IMG/VR virus record: IMGVR_UViG_3300030059_002600
Coordinates: 1-34,800 of that record
Reading direction: 5' to 3' (one strand)
Source of the DNA: a virus
Taxonomy: Duplodnaviria > Caudoviricetes
DNA length: 34,800 bases
Shown: positions 9,801 to 18,384 of the stretch, in pieces
How positions within the stretch are numbered: position 1 is the stretch's first letter
Layout: every line of letters begins with the position of its first letter
The notes under the pieces: model-generated
Told to the model about the DNA's origin: nothing
What the model saw: the letters and a program-made list of their open reading frames with translations, nothing else
Databases searched by the model: none
Made by a program: the position numbers and the translations under genes

Positions 9801-10798
9801 GCTGCGGTAGCGGCAACTAATGAAGCTGTCAACACGTTGTAACCTAACGCGCCAGCTCTCGCAGCAAAACCAGTCGCTGTTACAGCCGTGGCATTTGATG
9901 CTGCAGCAATTGTATTGATAGTAAAAGCACCAGCAGAAGTGAGCATAGCACCGCCCACTTTTGCGCCATAAACAACAGCAATCAACTGGCCAATACTTAG
10001 CACTGTATCTAAATTTTCAGAAAGAGTTACGATCCCCCTTCCTGCTGATTGAGTTGCAGAATTTAAAGCGCCCATAGAGCCGACAAAAGCTATCGCATTA
10101 TTGTTTGACTGTTCTAGCGATTGAGCCATTGTTGCAGTAGACTTGTTAAATATGCCATCCACAACTTCGCTATAACCTTCGAGGGACTTAATCAAAAGCT
10201 CAGCAGTAATACCGCCAGTTGCAGCAAACTCTCTCAGTTCGCCAGTCGCCATTCCTGTTTCTTTAGAAATGGCCCTTAGTATTTCTGGCGCACCCTCTGC
10301 TACAGAGTTGAACTCGTCACCTCGTAAAGCTCCAGCAGCTAAACCTTGTGATAATTGTCTGATTGCCCCGCTTGCTTCCTGCGCTGAAGCGCCAGAGGTT
10401 GCAAAGGATTTATTGATAGTCTCAGTAATTCTGAGTAGGCGGCTCTGGCTTAAATTGAGCGCCTCTGTGTTCCTGGCTAAAACAGTATAAAGGCCAACAG
10501 TTGAATCAAGCGAGCTTCTTGTAGAATTAGCGACTTGGAGTAATTTTCCCTGGACCCTGACAAGCTGCTCAGTAGAAGTTGTGACGACTTTTAATTTATT
10601 CGTCATGCCAGTAAAAGAATCTGTCATATTGACAAGCTGGCGAACAGTTGCTGCTGCCCCTAATCCTGCAAATGCGCGCTTTAGGTTGCTGGTGGCTTTT
10701 TCTGTTTTAGTGGCCTTTTTTTCGAGCTTATCCAGGTTCTTTGTGGCTCGTAGAACTCCCTTGCTGTCAACAACTATTCCCAGACTTGCTATATCCAT
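6866..10798 (-). CDS. Tape measure protein (1310 aa) with DUF4214-like insert near the C-terminus
   Basis: N-terminal tape-measure domain (QLSQGLAAGALRGDEFNSVAE), Ala/Gly-rich hydrophobic segments and C-terminal FAKGG...GEAGPEA. Confidence 0.93.
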   Translation of the reverse strand: MDIASLGIVVDSKGVLRATKNLDKLEKKATKTEKATSNLKRAFAGLGAAATVRQLVNMTDSFTGMTNKLKVVTTSTEQLVRVQGKLLQVANSTRSSLDSTVGLYTVLARNTEALNLSQSRLLRITETINKSFATSGASAQEASGAIRQLSQGLAAGALRGDEFNSVAEGAPEILRAISKETGMATGELREFAATGGITAELLIKSLEGYSEVVDGIFNKSTATMAQSLEQSNNNAIAFVGSMGALNSATQSAGRGIVTLSENLDTVLSIGQLIAVVYGAKVGGAMLTSAGAFTINTIAAASNATAVTATGFAARAGALGYNVLTASLVAATAAFGRFTTMMGPVGLAILAASAGLYAYTKINEDTESAVKKTTKAEKEAVVVKEKISKEDQKLLENLRRELKQLNMLEVDIAVSNNLRKLNASAISDQGKEVVALTRAIFTEQEALDLAAEKATEAQQKFDDMANGMSTSFKATFREMLDGGDNVFRNLVDSAKAMVKDILSEMALLAAKPFIMRIAGVATMGASGMANAGMGSDGGGGMDMLSNLSNLSSLSGNSIGQGFVSAGNFMASGSTSSAAYAANGGAFTGAGAVSNLVYTGVALVAGLIGQELFGKNGGAGASIGATIGMAAGGLPGALVGGLIGGALGGMIGPDKPSQRFAISTGSNVAGHTGNLPMDEAIAKYGNQSDPDGSNFAFTDTAFGKTFLNSRRVDLTGMQKMIQGADDAMASFLDSDEIAAIKDTLDNAEHFASGKHDGNKGGPQFNAIFNRYRMVLGAIDDELVSMFDARATKDNIGKLPVALAAINKDLKDQIGIFSGTFGSDSGVMGQTIQDAVALVDTYANENETLLDTYTRLSVETISLTSSLDIMGITLNKSVDGMINFARELSEAAGGAETASALWRGYFSTFYTDQEKAIASLEEGTAKLNAFLKATELDGLGLSMQNFRASFEQALSAGLSASQTVDWLAAGELIRQVEELANTGMTGKISTLVTAKNNLIDAYKREIESQEGLASSFRGLADGLRASAQGLLLSSLSPLTNAERFAAAEARFNNVNNRAQLGDADALADLATVSEEFLKESQKFNASGTAYTDDFNMVQTALTEAGTASNRIADNADRMVDQLKAEFNLIATSNHWLETINTSVLSLEQALDKFVLEGGNGTAAGKANGSQSVAMSNAQFVDQLYTQGFGRQADIGGANYWNESLRNGATRQQIVDNFVSSAEAANVGFDQTNIKMFAKGGISNRPAIFGEAGPEAAVPLPDGRSIPVTLDKSIEQAIERMAIRVVAAVQGTTQAVNDSSNDAQSSANRVQAVR

Positions 10799-10802
10799 CT
10801 TA

Positions 10803-11125
10803 TTACCCTTTATTGACGGCGCTTAAACTTCGGATTGCTTTTATTTCAAATGGTGATAGCTCGCCATGTATTTGAGAATATTCTTTTATTTCAAGATAGC
10901 CGATCTTCCCGCCATCTGGATTATTCAAGTCTAAAAAAGCCGACCAGATATAAGACATTTCAGGCCTTAGCTCTGGTAGGTTTTCAAGCTCTTTAGGTTT
11001 TCTTCCTAATGATTTTTCTACTTGTTCGAGGTTGTCAATGCGGCTAATCTTTGAGCCTTCTTCGTGGCCGTAGAGCCAATACTGAGACTCGGCAAATTCG
11101 ACCAGCTCTGCTATTAGCCCTTGGT
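10803..11125 (-). CDS. Tail assembly chaperone, -1 frameshift extension (lambda gpT analogue; not in ORF track)
   Basis: Open -1 frame YQGLIAELVEFAESQYW...IWSAFLDL...LSPFEIKAIRSL ending TAA 10803-10805, with no ATG start at its 5' end. Confidence 0.8.
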
Positions 11126-11485
11126 AAAATTTTCACGGTCAGCGATAAATTTATCCACCTGGTCCGCAATCAAAGGGCTATTTTCAAACAAAGCCATCAG
11201 ATTCTTTTTAGTAAAAGGCCATTCTTTTTTATCGTTTTTAAAGCCACGCCAGCCAGTGCAAGACTCAACCAGTAAACCAAATTCATCATCGGGAATAGGC
11301 TTATTGCTTCTCACTGCATCTAATGCTTTTCGTTGGCGTTTTCGTTGCTCTGCTCTAAAACTTTTAGAGTCGATACCAATAACAGTGATGTAACAATCTG
11401 TATCGCTACCGTCAGCTGGATTTACAATCCTACATTCTGCTCCAGCTTCGTGAGCATCGGCGGTGTATAGTTGGTTAATATCCAT
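11114..11485 (-). CDS. Tail assembly chaperone (lambda gpG analogue)
   Basis: Lies between the tail tube and tape measure genes and ends ...DKFIADRENFTKG. Confidence 0.85.
   Translation of the reverse strand: MDINQLYTADAHEAGAECRIVNPADGSDTDCYITVIGIDSKSFRAEQRKRQRKALDAVRSNKPIPDDEFGLLVESCTGWRGFKNDKKEWPFTKKNLMALFENSPLIADQVDKFIADRENFTKG
11126..11132 (-). other. Programmed -1 frameshift slippery site A AAT TTT
   Basis: X XXY YYZ heptamer in the correct phase, followed by two codons and the G stop. Confidence 0.8.
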
Positions 11486-11507
11486 TATAGTTATCTCTTA
11501 TAGGGTT

Positions 11508-11540
11508 AAAAAAAGGGCGATACCACTTGATATCACCCTT
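11508..11540 (-). terminator. Intrinsic terminator after the tail tube gene
   Basis: AAGGGTGATA-loop-TATCGCCC followed by a T run. Confidence 0.75.
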
Positions 11541-11545
11541 GCTTA

Positions 11546-12478
11546 TTAGACTGGGTTTCTTTGGATAAGAATGTTAGTCGCTGTTGTTGTATCTCTTAAC
11601 GCTTGAAAATCAAACGTGATTGTCACTGGATTTTCATCCGTCACATCAGGTTGACCGCTGTTGTATTTGATACGAGGGAGGTCGAAGAAATAAGTATTGC
11701 CTGCTACGTCTGTAAGCGTAAAGTCTATGGATGTTTCGGTTTCGTTCACAAACTTATTAAGCAGCGTCGTATCTTGAAAATAAGCAGTAATTGAACCTGT
11801 GACATTTGAGCGACCAATGCTAGGATCTAAAGTCTCACTAGAACCTACAACATAGGTATTAGACATACCGTTATCTAGGTTAATAGATAAATCCGTGATG
11901 ATAGCAATGGCTGAATTGTTTTCATTAATAGTGCCTGTGAAGCTATCAAACGGAGAAGTGGTTGTTGCGGCGGGGTAAGTACTTCCAGAAAGTGCAGTAG
12001 CAGAAGTGGTCATTCCTTTGCCCATCATTCCTAGCGTACCGGTAACCATTGCATTAGGAGCAACTGATAGCGATAAAGTATTGAAGTTCACGCCTGTAAA
12101 ACGTAAGTATTGAGTAATGTCCTCAAAATGGCGCTCGACAGAAAAACTACGGCGAACAACACCAGCTTTTAGTTGTGCTATACCTGCTGAAGGAGTATCA
12201 GCCGCCCATGTTCCACCTAAAACAGCCTCTAAAAGGTCATCAAAACTCCCGTATGAAAGTTCTACGCCAATATCGCCAGATACTGCTTTGTTGCCGTGTC
12301 TAAAATCTGCAATTTGTCGGTCTGATCTTAGTTCATTGGACTGGATACTTTCCTTTGAAAGACCCAGAGTTGTTGAAACGTGTCGTAATGCTTTAAACGT
12401 CGGATTGTTTGGAGTAACTCCAAATGCCGCTTCCGTTATAAAACCCATAGAATGTCTTGATCCTGATGCTATAGCCAT
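11546..12478 (-). CDS. Major tail tube protein
   Basis: E.AFGVTP, SNELRSDRQ and GDIGVELS motifs; position in the tail operon. Confidence 0.88.
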   Translation of the reverse strand: MAIASGSRHSMGFITEAAFGVTPNNPTFKALRHVSTTLGLSKESIQSNELRSDRQIADFRHGNKAVSGDIGVELSYGSFDDLLEAVLGGTWAADTPSAGIAQLKAGVVRRSFSVERHFEDITQYLRFTGVNFNTLSLSVAPNAMVTGTLGMMGKGMTTSATALSGSTYPAATTTSPFDSFTGTINENNSAIAIITDLSINLDNGMSNTYVVGSSETLDPSIGRSNVTGSITAYFQDTTLLNKFVNETETSIDFTLTDVAGNTYFFDLPRIKYNSGQPDVTDENPVTITFDFQALRDTTTATNILIQRNPV

Positions 12479-12485
12479 GAAAATG

Positions 12486-12893
12486 TTACCTCGGTAAAGT
12501 AAAAACTTGATAAGTGATAAAAATAGGGATGACGAACCACGCCTCGTCGCGTTTCCCTAGACCGCGTGAGGTTTTTGATAGGCGCACATTGACGCCATTA
12601 TAAGTAAGGACTACCCCACGTTTAAAGTGGTCAGCAATCACATCAGCTTTGATGGTTGCCTGGCCTTTTCCTTTTGATCCTGGAGCTATGATGTCTATCT
12701 GATAAACGCCTACATGCTCATCTAATCCATTTGAACCTAGACCCGCTTGAACTGTATCGGCGGGCATTAAAGTCGGCCTGATATATAGCGTTTCCGCTGT
12801 CGGGGTAAAGGCTATGTTTTCCCAGGCGGTCGGTAGAGAGAGCGAGTTGGTCCTGGCATCTAAAGCAGCGGATATATCGGTAAATGAAGCCAT
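12486..12893 (-). CDS. Tail terminator protein (DUF4128-like)
   Basis: AWENIAFTP ... GVYQIDI ... ADHFKRG. Confidence 0.78.
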   Translation of the reverse strand: MASFTDISAALDARTNSLSLPTAWENIAFTPTAETLYIRPTLMPADTVQAGLGSNGLDEHVGVYQIDIIAPGSKGKGQATIKADVIADHFKRGVVLTYNGVNVRLSKTSRGLGKRDEAWFVIPIFITYQVFTLPR

Positions 12894-13277
12894 CTATTTT
12901 CCTTTCTTAGCGTTGTTGACGTTACCTTTAAAGATGGCCTGATATTCGGCTACGGTTACGGCAACCATTCCCTGGGGAGCTTTTGTGCTTGAGCCGCCTT
13001 CTATCTTTTTTGCATAAGGAAGATTGTTTGTTATATAAATCTTATCGCCAATCTTTGCGTTTAATACTGTACTTTCAATATCGTTTCCCCCTCTTTCTTT
13101 TGTGCTGTTTGAAGGAGAATTAACGGAAGGTTGCCAGCTATTCCGTAGCCGACCGCTTTTAATCGGGGTCCTTAATACAACTTTATTAAAAAGCCCTATT
13201 GTCGTCCCCTTAAAAACTTGCTCTGTCATGGTGTTTGTTTTTTTAACGAAGCGGCTAAGATCTCGTTTGAACGACAT
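12894..13277 (-). CDS. HK97 gp10-like neck/tail completion protein
   Basis: TPIKSGRLRNSW ... NNLPYA..IE.G.S.KAPQGMV. Confidence 0.82.
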   Translation of the reverse strand: MSFKRDLSRFVKKTNTMTEQVFKGTTIGLFNKVVLRTPIKSGRLRNSWQPSVNSPSNSTKERGGNDIESTVLNAKIGDKIYITNNLPYAKKIEGGSSTKAPQGMVAVTVAEYQAIFKGNVNNAKKGK

Positions 13278-13608
13278 AAATCACCTCGTCACTGGTAAGG
13301 CCGACACTCTCAAAACTGATAACAGTTGTTACTATTCCTGATAATGAAACCTTGTCATTTACAGCTGGTTTATTGCCAGCCTGGACAATTAGCTTTTTAT
13401 CACCCGATAAAATAGATTTGCCGTTTACCTGGGAAACTGAAAAATCAGATGGGTAAACCTTAGCGGTAAAAGTCGTGACATTTTGACCGCTGCTGGTTCC
13501 TGTCACTGGATCGAAATTGCCAGCGCTTCTCCTGGTAAAAGTAGCAGTCTCACCTTTTTCGGTTAAAAGCCTGGCTGCAGTAGTTGCAAGTTCAGAATAA
13601 AAACTCAT
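13255..13608 (-). CDS. Head closure protein
   Basis: Y..LATTA.RLL..KG and FDPVTG motifs; position. Confidence 0.72.
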   Translation of the reverse strand: MSFYSELATTAARLLTEKGETATFTRRSAGNFDPVTGTSSGQNVTTFTAKVYPSDFSVSQVNGKSILSGDKKLIVQAGNKPAVNDKVSLSGIVTTVISFESVGLTSDEVIYVVQTRS

Positions 13609-14072
13609 CCTCGTGACACCAAGAACCCTGAATTTGTGAGCTTTTTCTCTAGGGCCAATATTTTACGGTTGTATGGAAAAGCAGCAGAGTTAGCCATGTA
13701 CTCGACTTCAATTACATCTACTTTTTCTTTTTTAACCGATCTACCAACATCAGCAAGAGGATCTACACCGCCATCAATTGCAAGAGCCACTTCACACTGA
13801 AGATCTTTTAATAGCTTAGGTATAACGTCTGATGGCGTTAAAAAGCCATCGACCGTTGCGGAATTGCGAGGCCATTGCATGGCTTGCGCGCTGGTTTTCT
13901 TTGTCCCTATAAAAGGCAAAGCCTCCACATAAACACTCGCTTTTAGAAGTAAAATAGCAGCCGTACCGCTTACAGTTACTCCCATTGATGCAGCATAGGC
14001 TGTAAAGGCGGTATCACTAATATATGAATTGCTGTTTGTTAGTCCCGCGCCTGTCTCGACCACTGTTGCCAT
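13605..14072 (-). CDS. Head-tail adaptor (DnaT-like family)
   Basis: VETGAGL..SNSY, QAMQWPR and EKVDVIEVEY. Confidence 0.8.
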   Translation of the reverse strand: MATVVETGAGLTNSNSYISDTAFTAYAASMGVTVSGTAAILLLKASVYVEALPFIGTKKTSAQAMQWPRNSATVDGFLTPSDVIPKLLKDLQCEVALAIDGGVDPLADVGRSVKKEKVDVIEVEYMANSAAFPYNRKILALEKKLTNSGFLVSRG

Positions 14073-14136
14073 TACTTACCCCTGTTATTTGTTTTTCTTA
14101 ACATTGCACCCTATTGCTAAGGTGCAACATTAAAAA

Positions 14137-14313
14137 TTACAGCTTGGTTACCCGTCCAGCGTCTATCAACTCTTTTGCAAGCTCACTGCTAACATCAGCA
14201 ATGTAAAACCCGCCTTCTAAGTTGAAAGGAACACCCCATAAATTCATAGCGTCATAAATAACGCTGTCATAAATAGCTTGCACCTTAACTGTTGATGATT
14301 TGGTCTTAGCCAT
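14137..14313 (-). CDS. Small virion-associated protein, 58 aa (not in ORF track)
   Basis: Starts 1 bp after the MCP stop; MAKTKSS...SELAKELIDAGRVTKL. Confidence 0.65.
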   Translation of the reverse strand: MAKTKSSTVKVQAIYDSVIYDAMNLWGVPFNLEGGFYIADVSSELAKELIDAGRVTKL

Positions 14314-14314
14314 C

Positions 14315-15253
14315 TTAGTTGTTGATGCTAGTTAGGCGTGCAATCCCGCGACGATTAAATGATGCAAAGTTTGAGTAAGATTTGACCCGAACAATTGTTT
14401 CATCTTTTGTCTCAGCTACACCTACTTGCTCTACTGCGATTCCTGCCACCGTACCCGACGGATGAATCATAGATACACCAACCTTCTGCGAGCCATCATC
14501 GAAACAACCAGCATAAACAGACGTGAGTGCTCCTCCGGCTATGGCGGCTCCGTTTGCCGTCTCAGCTACTGATAAATAATCGTTTTGGAAAATTGGGATA
14601 CCTTCATAAACGCTTACGTTTCGAGTTGTACCGTTGGGCATAGTAAAAGTCATAACTTCGTTGACTCCGCCTAGAGCGCGAACCAATGCTTTGTAAGCCC
14701 GCAATGTACGTGAAGGCATCATGATCCAGTCAACCTGACCATCCTTAGCTTTCACCAAGTCTAAAAGCGAATCTAACAACGTGAAAGATATTGCTTGACC
14801 AGCAGATGCCGCTGTAAATTGTGTAGCATCTACAAGAACGGGCAAGCCATTCATGTTTGGAGATACGCCTGTACCAGTTGCGATACCAGCTTGCAATAAA
14901 CGACCGACTGATTTAGCTTTTGAGCTAATTTCTATCGCTAATTGATCCACTCCTGCTGAAGATGATTGTGCGCCCACGAGGCCATTCATTTCTGCGTCCC
15001 CGATAGTAGTTACGGCTGTATATGCAATCTGTGTGAATGTTGCAGCAGCTTTGGCTGTTATTGCGGCTCCTACAGCTAAATGCTGGGCATTACCTAACGC
15101 ATTTTCACGGTTGATAAGCATTGCCTGGCCGTCATAGCCTGTGTAGGGCATAGACAGAAAGATAGGATTAGTTGTAATAATATCTTCCGCAACACCTGCC
15201 ACTATTTCGTTATTGATTAATTTCTTTGCTTCTACTAATGTTTGTGTAGCCAT
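14315..15253 (-). CDS. Major capsid protein (HK97 fold)
   Basis: 312 aa downstream of the scaffold. MATQTLVEAKKL, YEGIPIF and C-terminal IARLTSI. Confidence 0.88.
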   Translation of the reverse strand: MATQTLVEAKKLINNEIVAGVAEDIITTNPIFLSMPYTGYDGQAMLINRENALGNAQHLAVGAAITAKAAATFTQIAYTAVTTIGDAEMNGLVGAQSSSAGVDQLAIEISSKAKSVGRLLQAGIATGTGVSPNMNGLPVLVDATQFTAASAGQAISFTLLDSLLDLVKAKDGQVDWIMMPSRTLRAYKALVRALGGVNEVMTFTMPNGTTRNVSVYEGIPIFQNDYLSVAETANGAAIAGGALTSVYAGCFDDGSQKVGVSMIHPSGTVAGIAVEQVGVAETKDETIVRVKSYSNFASFNRRGIARLTSINN

Positions 15254-15268
15254 GTTAAATTACCTTTT

Positions 15269-15889
15269 TTAGAGTTTTGATAAACCAGATGCTATTTTTT
15301 GCACACTGGTTAAAGTTGGATTGTTAGCAGTTTGTGAGCCTCCTAATGAGTCTCCGCCGCTTGACTGGTTTCCCTTGACTAAATGAGCAATTTCGCCACT
15401 GGCGCTAATTTCTGCTTTTAGGTCTTCCAGAGATAGAGCTGTCAGTGAGCCTGACTTATCTAACACGCGCATAGAGCCATCTATAATCTTAGTTCTACTT
15501 GCAAGTCGAGCAGTTAAGTCATTTAAAGCAAATTCAGAAACAGGATTGAAAGAGACACCGTAGCTATTGACGTCGCGTTGATGTGTGGACTTTTCAAAAC
15601 TTTGAATAGCCTCATCCAGCGCGCTTTCTTTAGCGTTTAGGTCCGCCATTAACTTCTCAGACCTTGATTTTTCAATGGTCAAAAGCTGCTCGTGGTCGTT
15701 TTCTTTTAATGCTTTTTCAGCTTGAGACTTAGCTAATAATTCGGCTTCATCTTTTGCTTTTTGTTTTGCTTTTTTAGTTTCGCCCAACAACTCTTCATTC
15801 TTAGCCTTTATAGCTGTGAACTCTAAATTGCTAGATTCAATTACTGACTTTTGTTCTTCGATAAGTTTTAACGCTTCTTCAAGTTCCAT
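15269..15889 (-). CDS. Capsid scaffolding protein
   Basis: Coiled-coil, KNEELLGE.KK and a C-terminal SSGG tail. Confidence 0.82.
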   Translation of the reverse strand: MELEEALKLIEEQKSVIESSNLEFTAIKAKNEELLGETKKAKQKAKDEAELLAKSQAEKALKENDHEQLLTIEKSRSEKLMADLNAKESALDEAIQSFEKSTHQRDVNSYGVSFNPVSEFALNDLTARLASRTKIIDGSMRVLDKSGSLTALSLEDLKAEISASGEIAHLVKGNQSSGGDSLGGSQTANNPTLTSVQKIASGLSKL

Positions 15890-15936
15890 ATTAATACTCC
15901 CACAAGGAAAACAGCCACTGGCTGAATTTTTTACAT

Positions 15937-15962
15937 AAAAAAACCGCTTATTTACAGCGGTT
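15937..15962 (-). terminator. Intrinsic terminator after the head morphogenesis gene
   Basis: AACCGCT-GTAAATA-AGCGG followed by T7. Confidence 0.7.
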
Positions 15963-15984
15963 CCGAATTAACTCTTTTTATTAT

Positions 15985-17001
15985 TTAGCTGAAAGATAAC
16001 GAGTTTCTGGCTTCCAGCTGATCTAATGTTAATGTTTGTCCTGATTTGTCGATAAAGTTGCTGATAGACACTTCGCCGCTTCTGAATAATGCTGCTCGTT
16101 TTGGCCCTAACACTTCGGTCTGAACTGATTTGCCTTGTTTTTTTAGCCATCCACCATAGGTAAGTTTTGCCGATACATAACCGCTATCAGAAGATCTTTT
16201 TCCCTCAATTTCAGAGCCTAGATCAAATTCAGGTTTAACTAATTTAATAAAACTACTTCTGCACCCCCAATGGATTGGCGGCTTGCTTTGCTCACCTTCT
16301 TGGAACTTCTGGCCATCCAGGCCTGCGCATGTAATGGAGGTTTTTGAATCTAAGGTTGATAACCACTGCCAACCATCAAAAATATCATCGTTTTCGTCAA
16401 AGGTAGCTTCTCTGGCTCCCGTTGCAGTTTTATTAGTGGTGGTCCTTACCAGGGTTTCAGCCTGCTGTTTTGTTCTTGTTTTAACCATTTCTGATATTTC
16501 TTCAACCATTTCATCGTTTGTTCTACCGCTTAAAGATCCATCTTTGATTATTTGGCCTATCTTTTTAGACTGAGAAGCTGAGAATTGTTTTATTGCCTGG
16601 TCAATTGTTACCGCCTGAATCTTTCCGCCTACTAACAGGTTCATAGTCTGAGACTCAACAGATTTTTTTATACTTAATAACGATGGCGACTTAATAGACT
16701 TTGCTGATGTTGTTGCTATTAATAGTTGCTTTGCAAACTTTGACTCTTTAACAGCAAAATCCTCTAATGAAGAAACAAGGTCATTACCGTATAGGGTCAG
16801 CAGCTCATTACTTATTTTTTCAACTTCTTTCCCTAAAATAACGGCCCTTTCTTTCCCATACCTTGCCAGCACTTTTTTTTCTAGCAAATTGTCCAGGCGT
16901 CTAATGTGTTTGTAGAGCCTCCTGGCCTCGCCCTTTGAATATCTTTCCATTAATATCTGCCTAAGGGTTACAGCATCAATCATTGCCTGTTTACTACTCA
17001 T
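15985..17001 (-). CDS. Head morphogenesis protein (SPP1 gp7/Mu gpF family)
   Basis: STLDSKTS..C..LDG ... PPIHWGCRS. Confidence 0.9.
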   Translation of the reverse strand: MSSKQAMIDAVTLRQILMERYSKGEARRLYKHIRRLDNLLEKKVLARYGKERAVILGKEVEKISNELLTLYGNDLVSSLEDFAVKESKFAKQLLIATTSAKSIKSPSLLSIKKSVESQTMNLLVGGKIQAVTIDQAIKQFSASQSKKIGQIIKDGSLSGRTNDEMVEEISEMVKTRTKQQAETLVRTTTNKTATGAREATFDENDDIFDGWQWLSTLDSKTSITCAGLDGQKFQEGEQSKPPIHWGCRSSFIKLVKPEFDLGSEIEGKRSSDSGYVSAKLTYGGWLKKQGKSVQTEVLGPKRAALFRSGEVSISNFIDKSGQTLTLDQLEARNSLSFS

Positions 17002-18383
17002 TCTATTGGGCTAATATCATCAACATCTGACTCAATATCTTCGCTGGTCCTGGTAGGATCTATAAGTCCAGTATTACGAGCGTTTTCTTGTAAGTCCTCT
17101 TTAGCAATAATGCCTCTGTCATATAACTGAATCGAAGCCATAACCTGGGCAGCATCTAGTGAGCTATCATAAAAGTCATCGTTAATTACATACGTAGGCA
17201 AAGTGTTTGCGCCCATAAATAGCCCCGCCCAGGACAAAGACAGCTCCAAAGCTGAGGAAGTGTTTTGAACGACGTTGCTTAACACAGAATTTGATCCGGC
17301 ATGTCTAATCATTGCCGCTGTTGCAGTTTCAGCCTGGCCACTACCCTGGTCAATTAGTCTCGCCCCAATAGCAACCATTTCTTTTAGCTTTTGCTGCATT
17401 TCAGAGCTGACAGCATCATTTGCTGTTGTCTGCAATAGGGTAGCCGACCCGCCTCCTGACGTAATTAAACCCCGACGGGCCCCTACTTCAACGCCATTCG
17501 GATTTAATTCTTTCCATTCGTTTGAATTTGTATCACCAATATCAAGGTGTAGCATCGGCTGGCCATGTAAAAAAAGCCCCTCCTCTTTGTCTGCAGAGTT
17601 GCGATAATGACCTATATTAATCTCACTAATATCATATAAAGGCGCGTCATCAGTTGCTGGATCGTTACTGTAGGACCCTGCAATAACGAAAGGAATAAAC
17701 TTTAATCGAGAACCACTTGAATCTCTAGGCTCAACCACAGAAATTATCTCATCTTCCCTATAAACAGTGATTGTATAAACGCCATCAACCAGGGACAAGA
17801 CGCGGTATTGCGTGGCCGTGTCGTAATCAAACTCATCAATCGCTGTCGGGTAATCTTCTTTTAAGACAACCTGGACCAGCATATCTATTCCGCCGATTGC
17901 TTCTGTTTTCCAGTTAATTATTGACTCTGCCAGATAAGGCTTAATATTTGCCTGGACATTTAAGCCCTGGACCTGGGCGTCACTTAAACCCTGGTCCACT
18001 GACGGATAATCAGTAAGCAAGCCGTATCGGCCTGTTTGCAACAAATTAGCAACAATATTTTTTGCTAACTGCTCAAGTGTTACGCCATCACCAGTTGCGT
18101 TCTTTATTAAATAATCCAATTGGCTGGGAATATCGGTTGTCGGCTTGTCTTTAAAAGCAAACCCCACCATTGAATCATTCGTTACTTTTATTACGTTAGT
18201 AAATATTGCTCTTTGAACGTAGCTCGTATAACGGCTAATAGAGTCCGAATTATTAGGGTTTGGATTTGGCAGGTAAACCTCGCCCGCTTCTTTTATCGCT
18301 TTCGATCCCTTAATACAGTCTCGGACCAGCTTCCATTTGCTTAACGAATAACTATACTGATGATGCTGGCTGTCAACTGGCAT
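16998..18383 (-). CDS. Portal protein (DUF4055-like)
   Basis: Follows terL. YLP.P, NIGHYRNSAD and GARLI...ETATAA. Confidence 0.88.
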   Translation of the reverse strand: MPVDSQHHQYSYSLSKWKLVRDCIKGSKAIKEAGEVYLPNPNPNNSDSISRYTSYVQRAIFTNVIKVTNDSMVGFAFKDKPTTDIPSQLDYLIKNATGDGVTLEQLAKNIVANLLQTGRYGLLTDYPSVDQGLSDAQVQGLNVQANIKPYLAESIINWKTEAIGGIDMLVQVVLKEDYPTAIDEFDYDTATQYRVLSLVDGVYTITVYREDEIISVVEPRDSSGSRLKFIPFVIAGSYSNDPATDDAPLYDISEINIGHYRNSADKEEGLFLHGQPMLHLDIGDTNSNEWKELNPNGVEVGARRGLITSGGGSATLLQTTANDAVSSEMQQKLKEMVAIGARLIDQGSGQAETATAAMIRHAGSNSVLSNVVQNTSSALELSLSWAGLFMGANTLPTYVINDDFYDSSLDAAQVMASIQLYDRGIIAKEDLQENARNTGLIDPTRTSEDIESDVDDISPIE

Positions 18384-18384
18384 A

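Noticed and set aside
7818-10826. Numerous plus-strand ORFs opposite the tape measure and other late genes
   Set aside because: These are antisense shadows of well-supported genes, with no recognisable motifs.
14104-14127. Intrinsic terminator after the capsid genes
   Set aside because: The TTGCACC/GGTGCAA stem is real but lacks a U-tract on the coding strand; more likely a stability hairpin.
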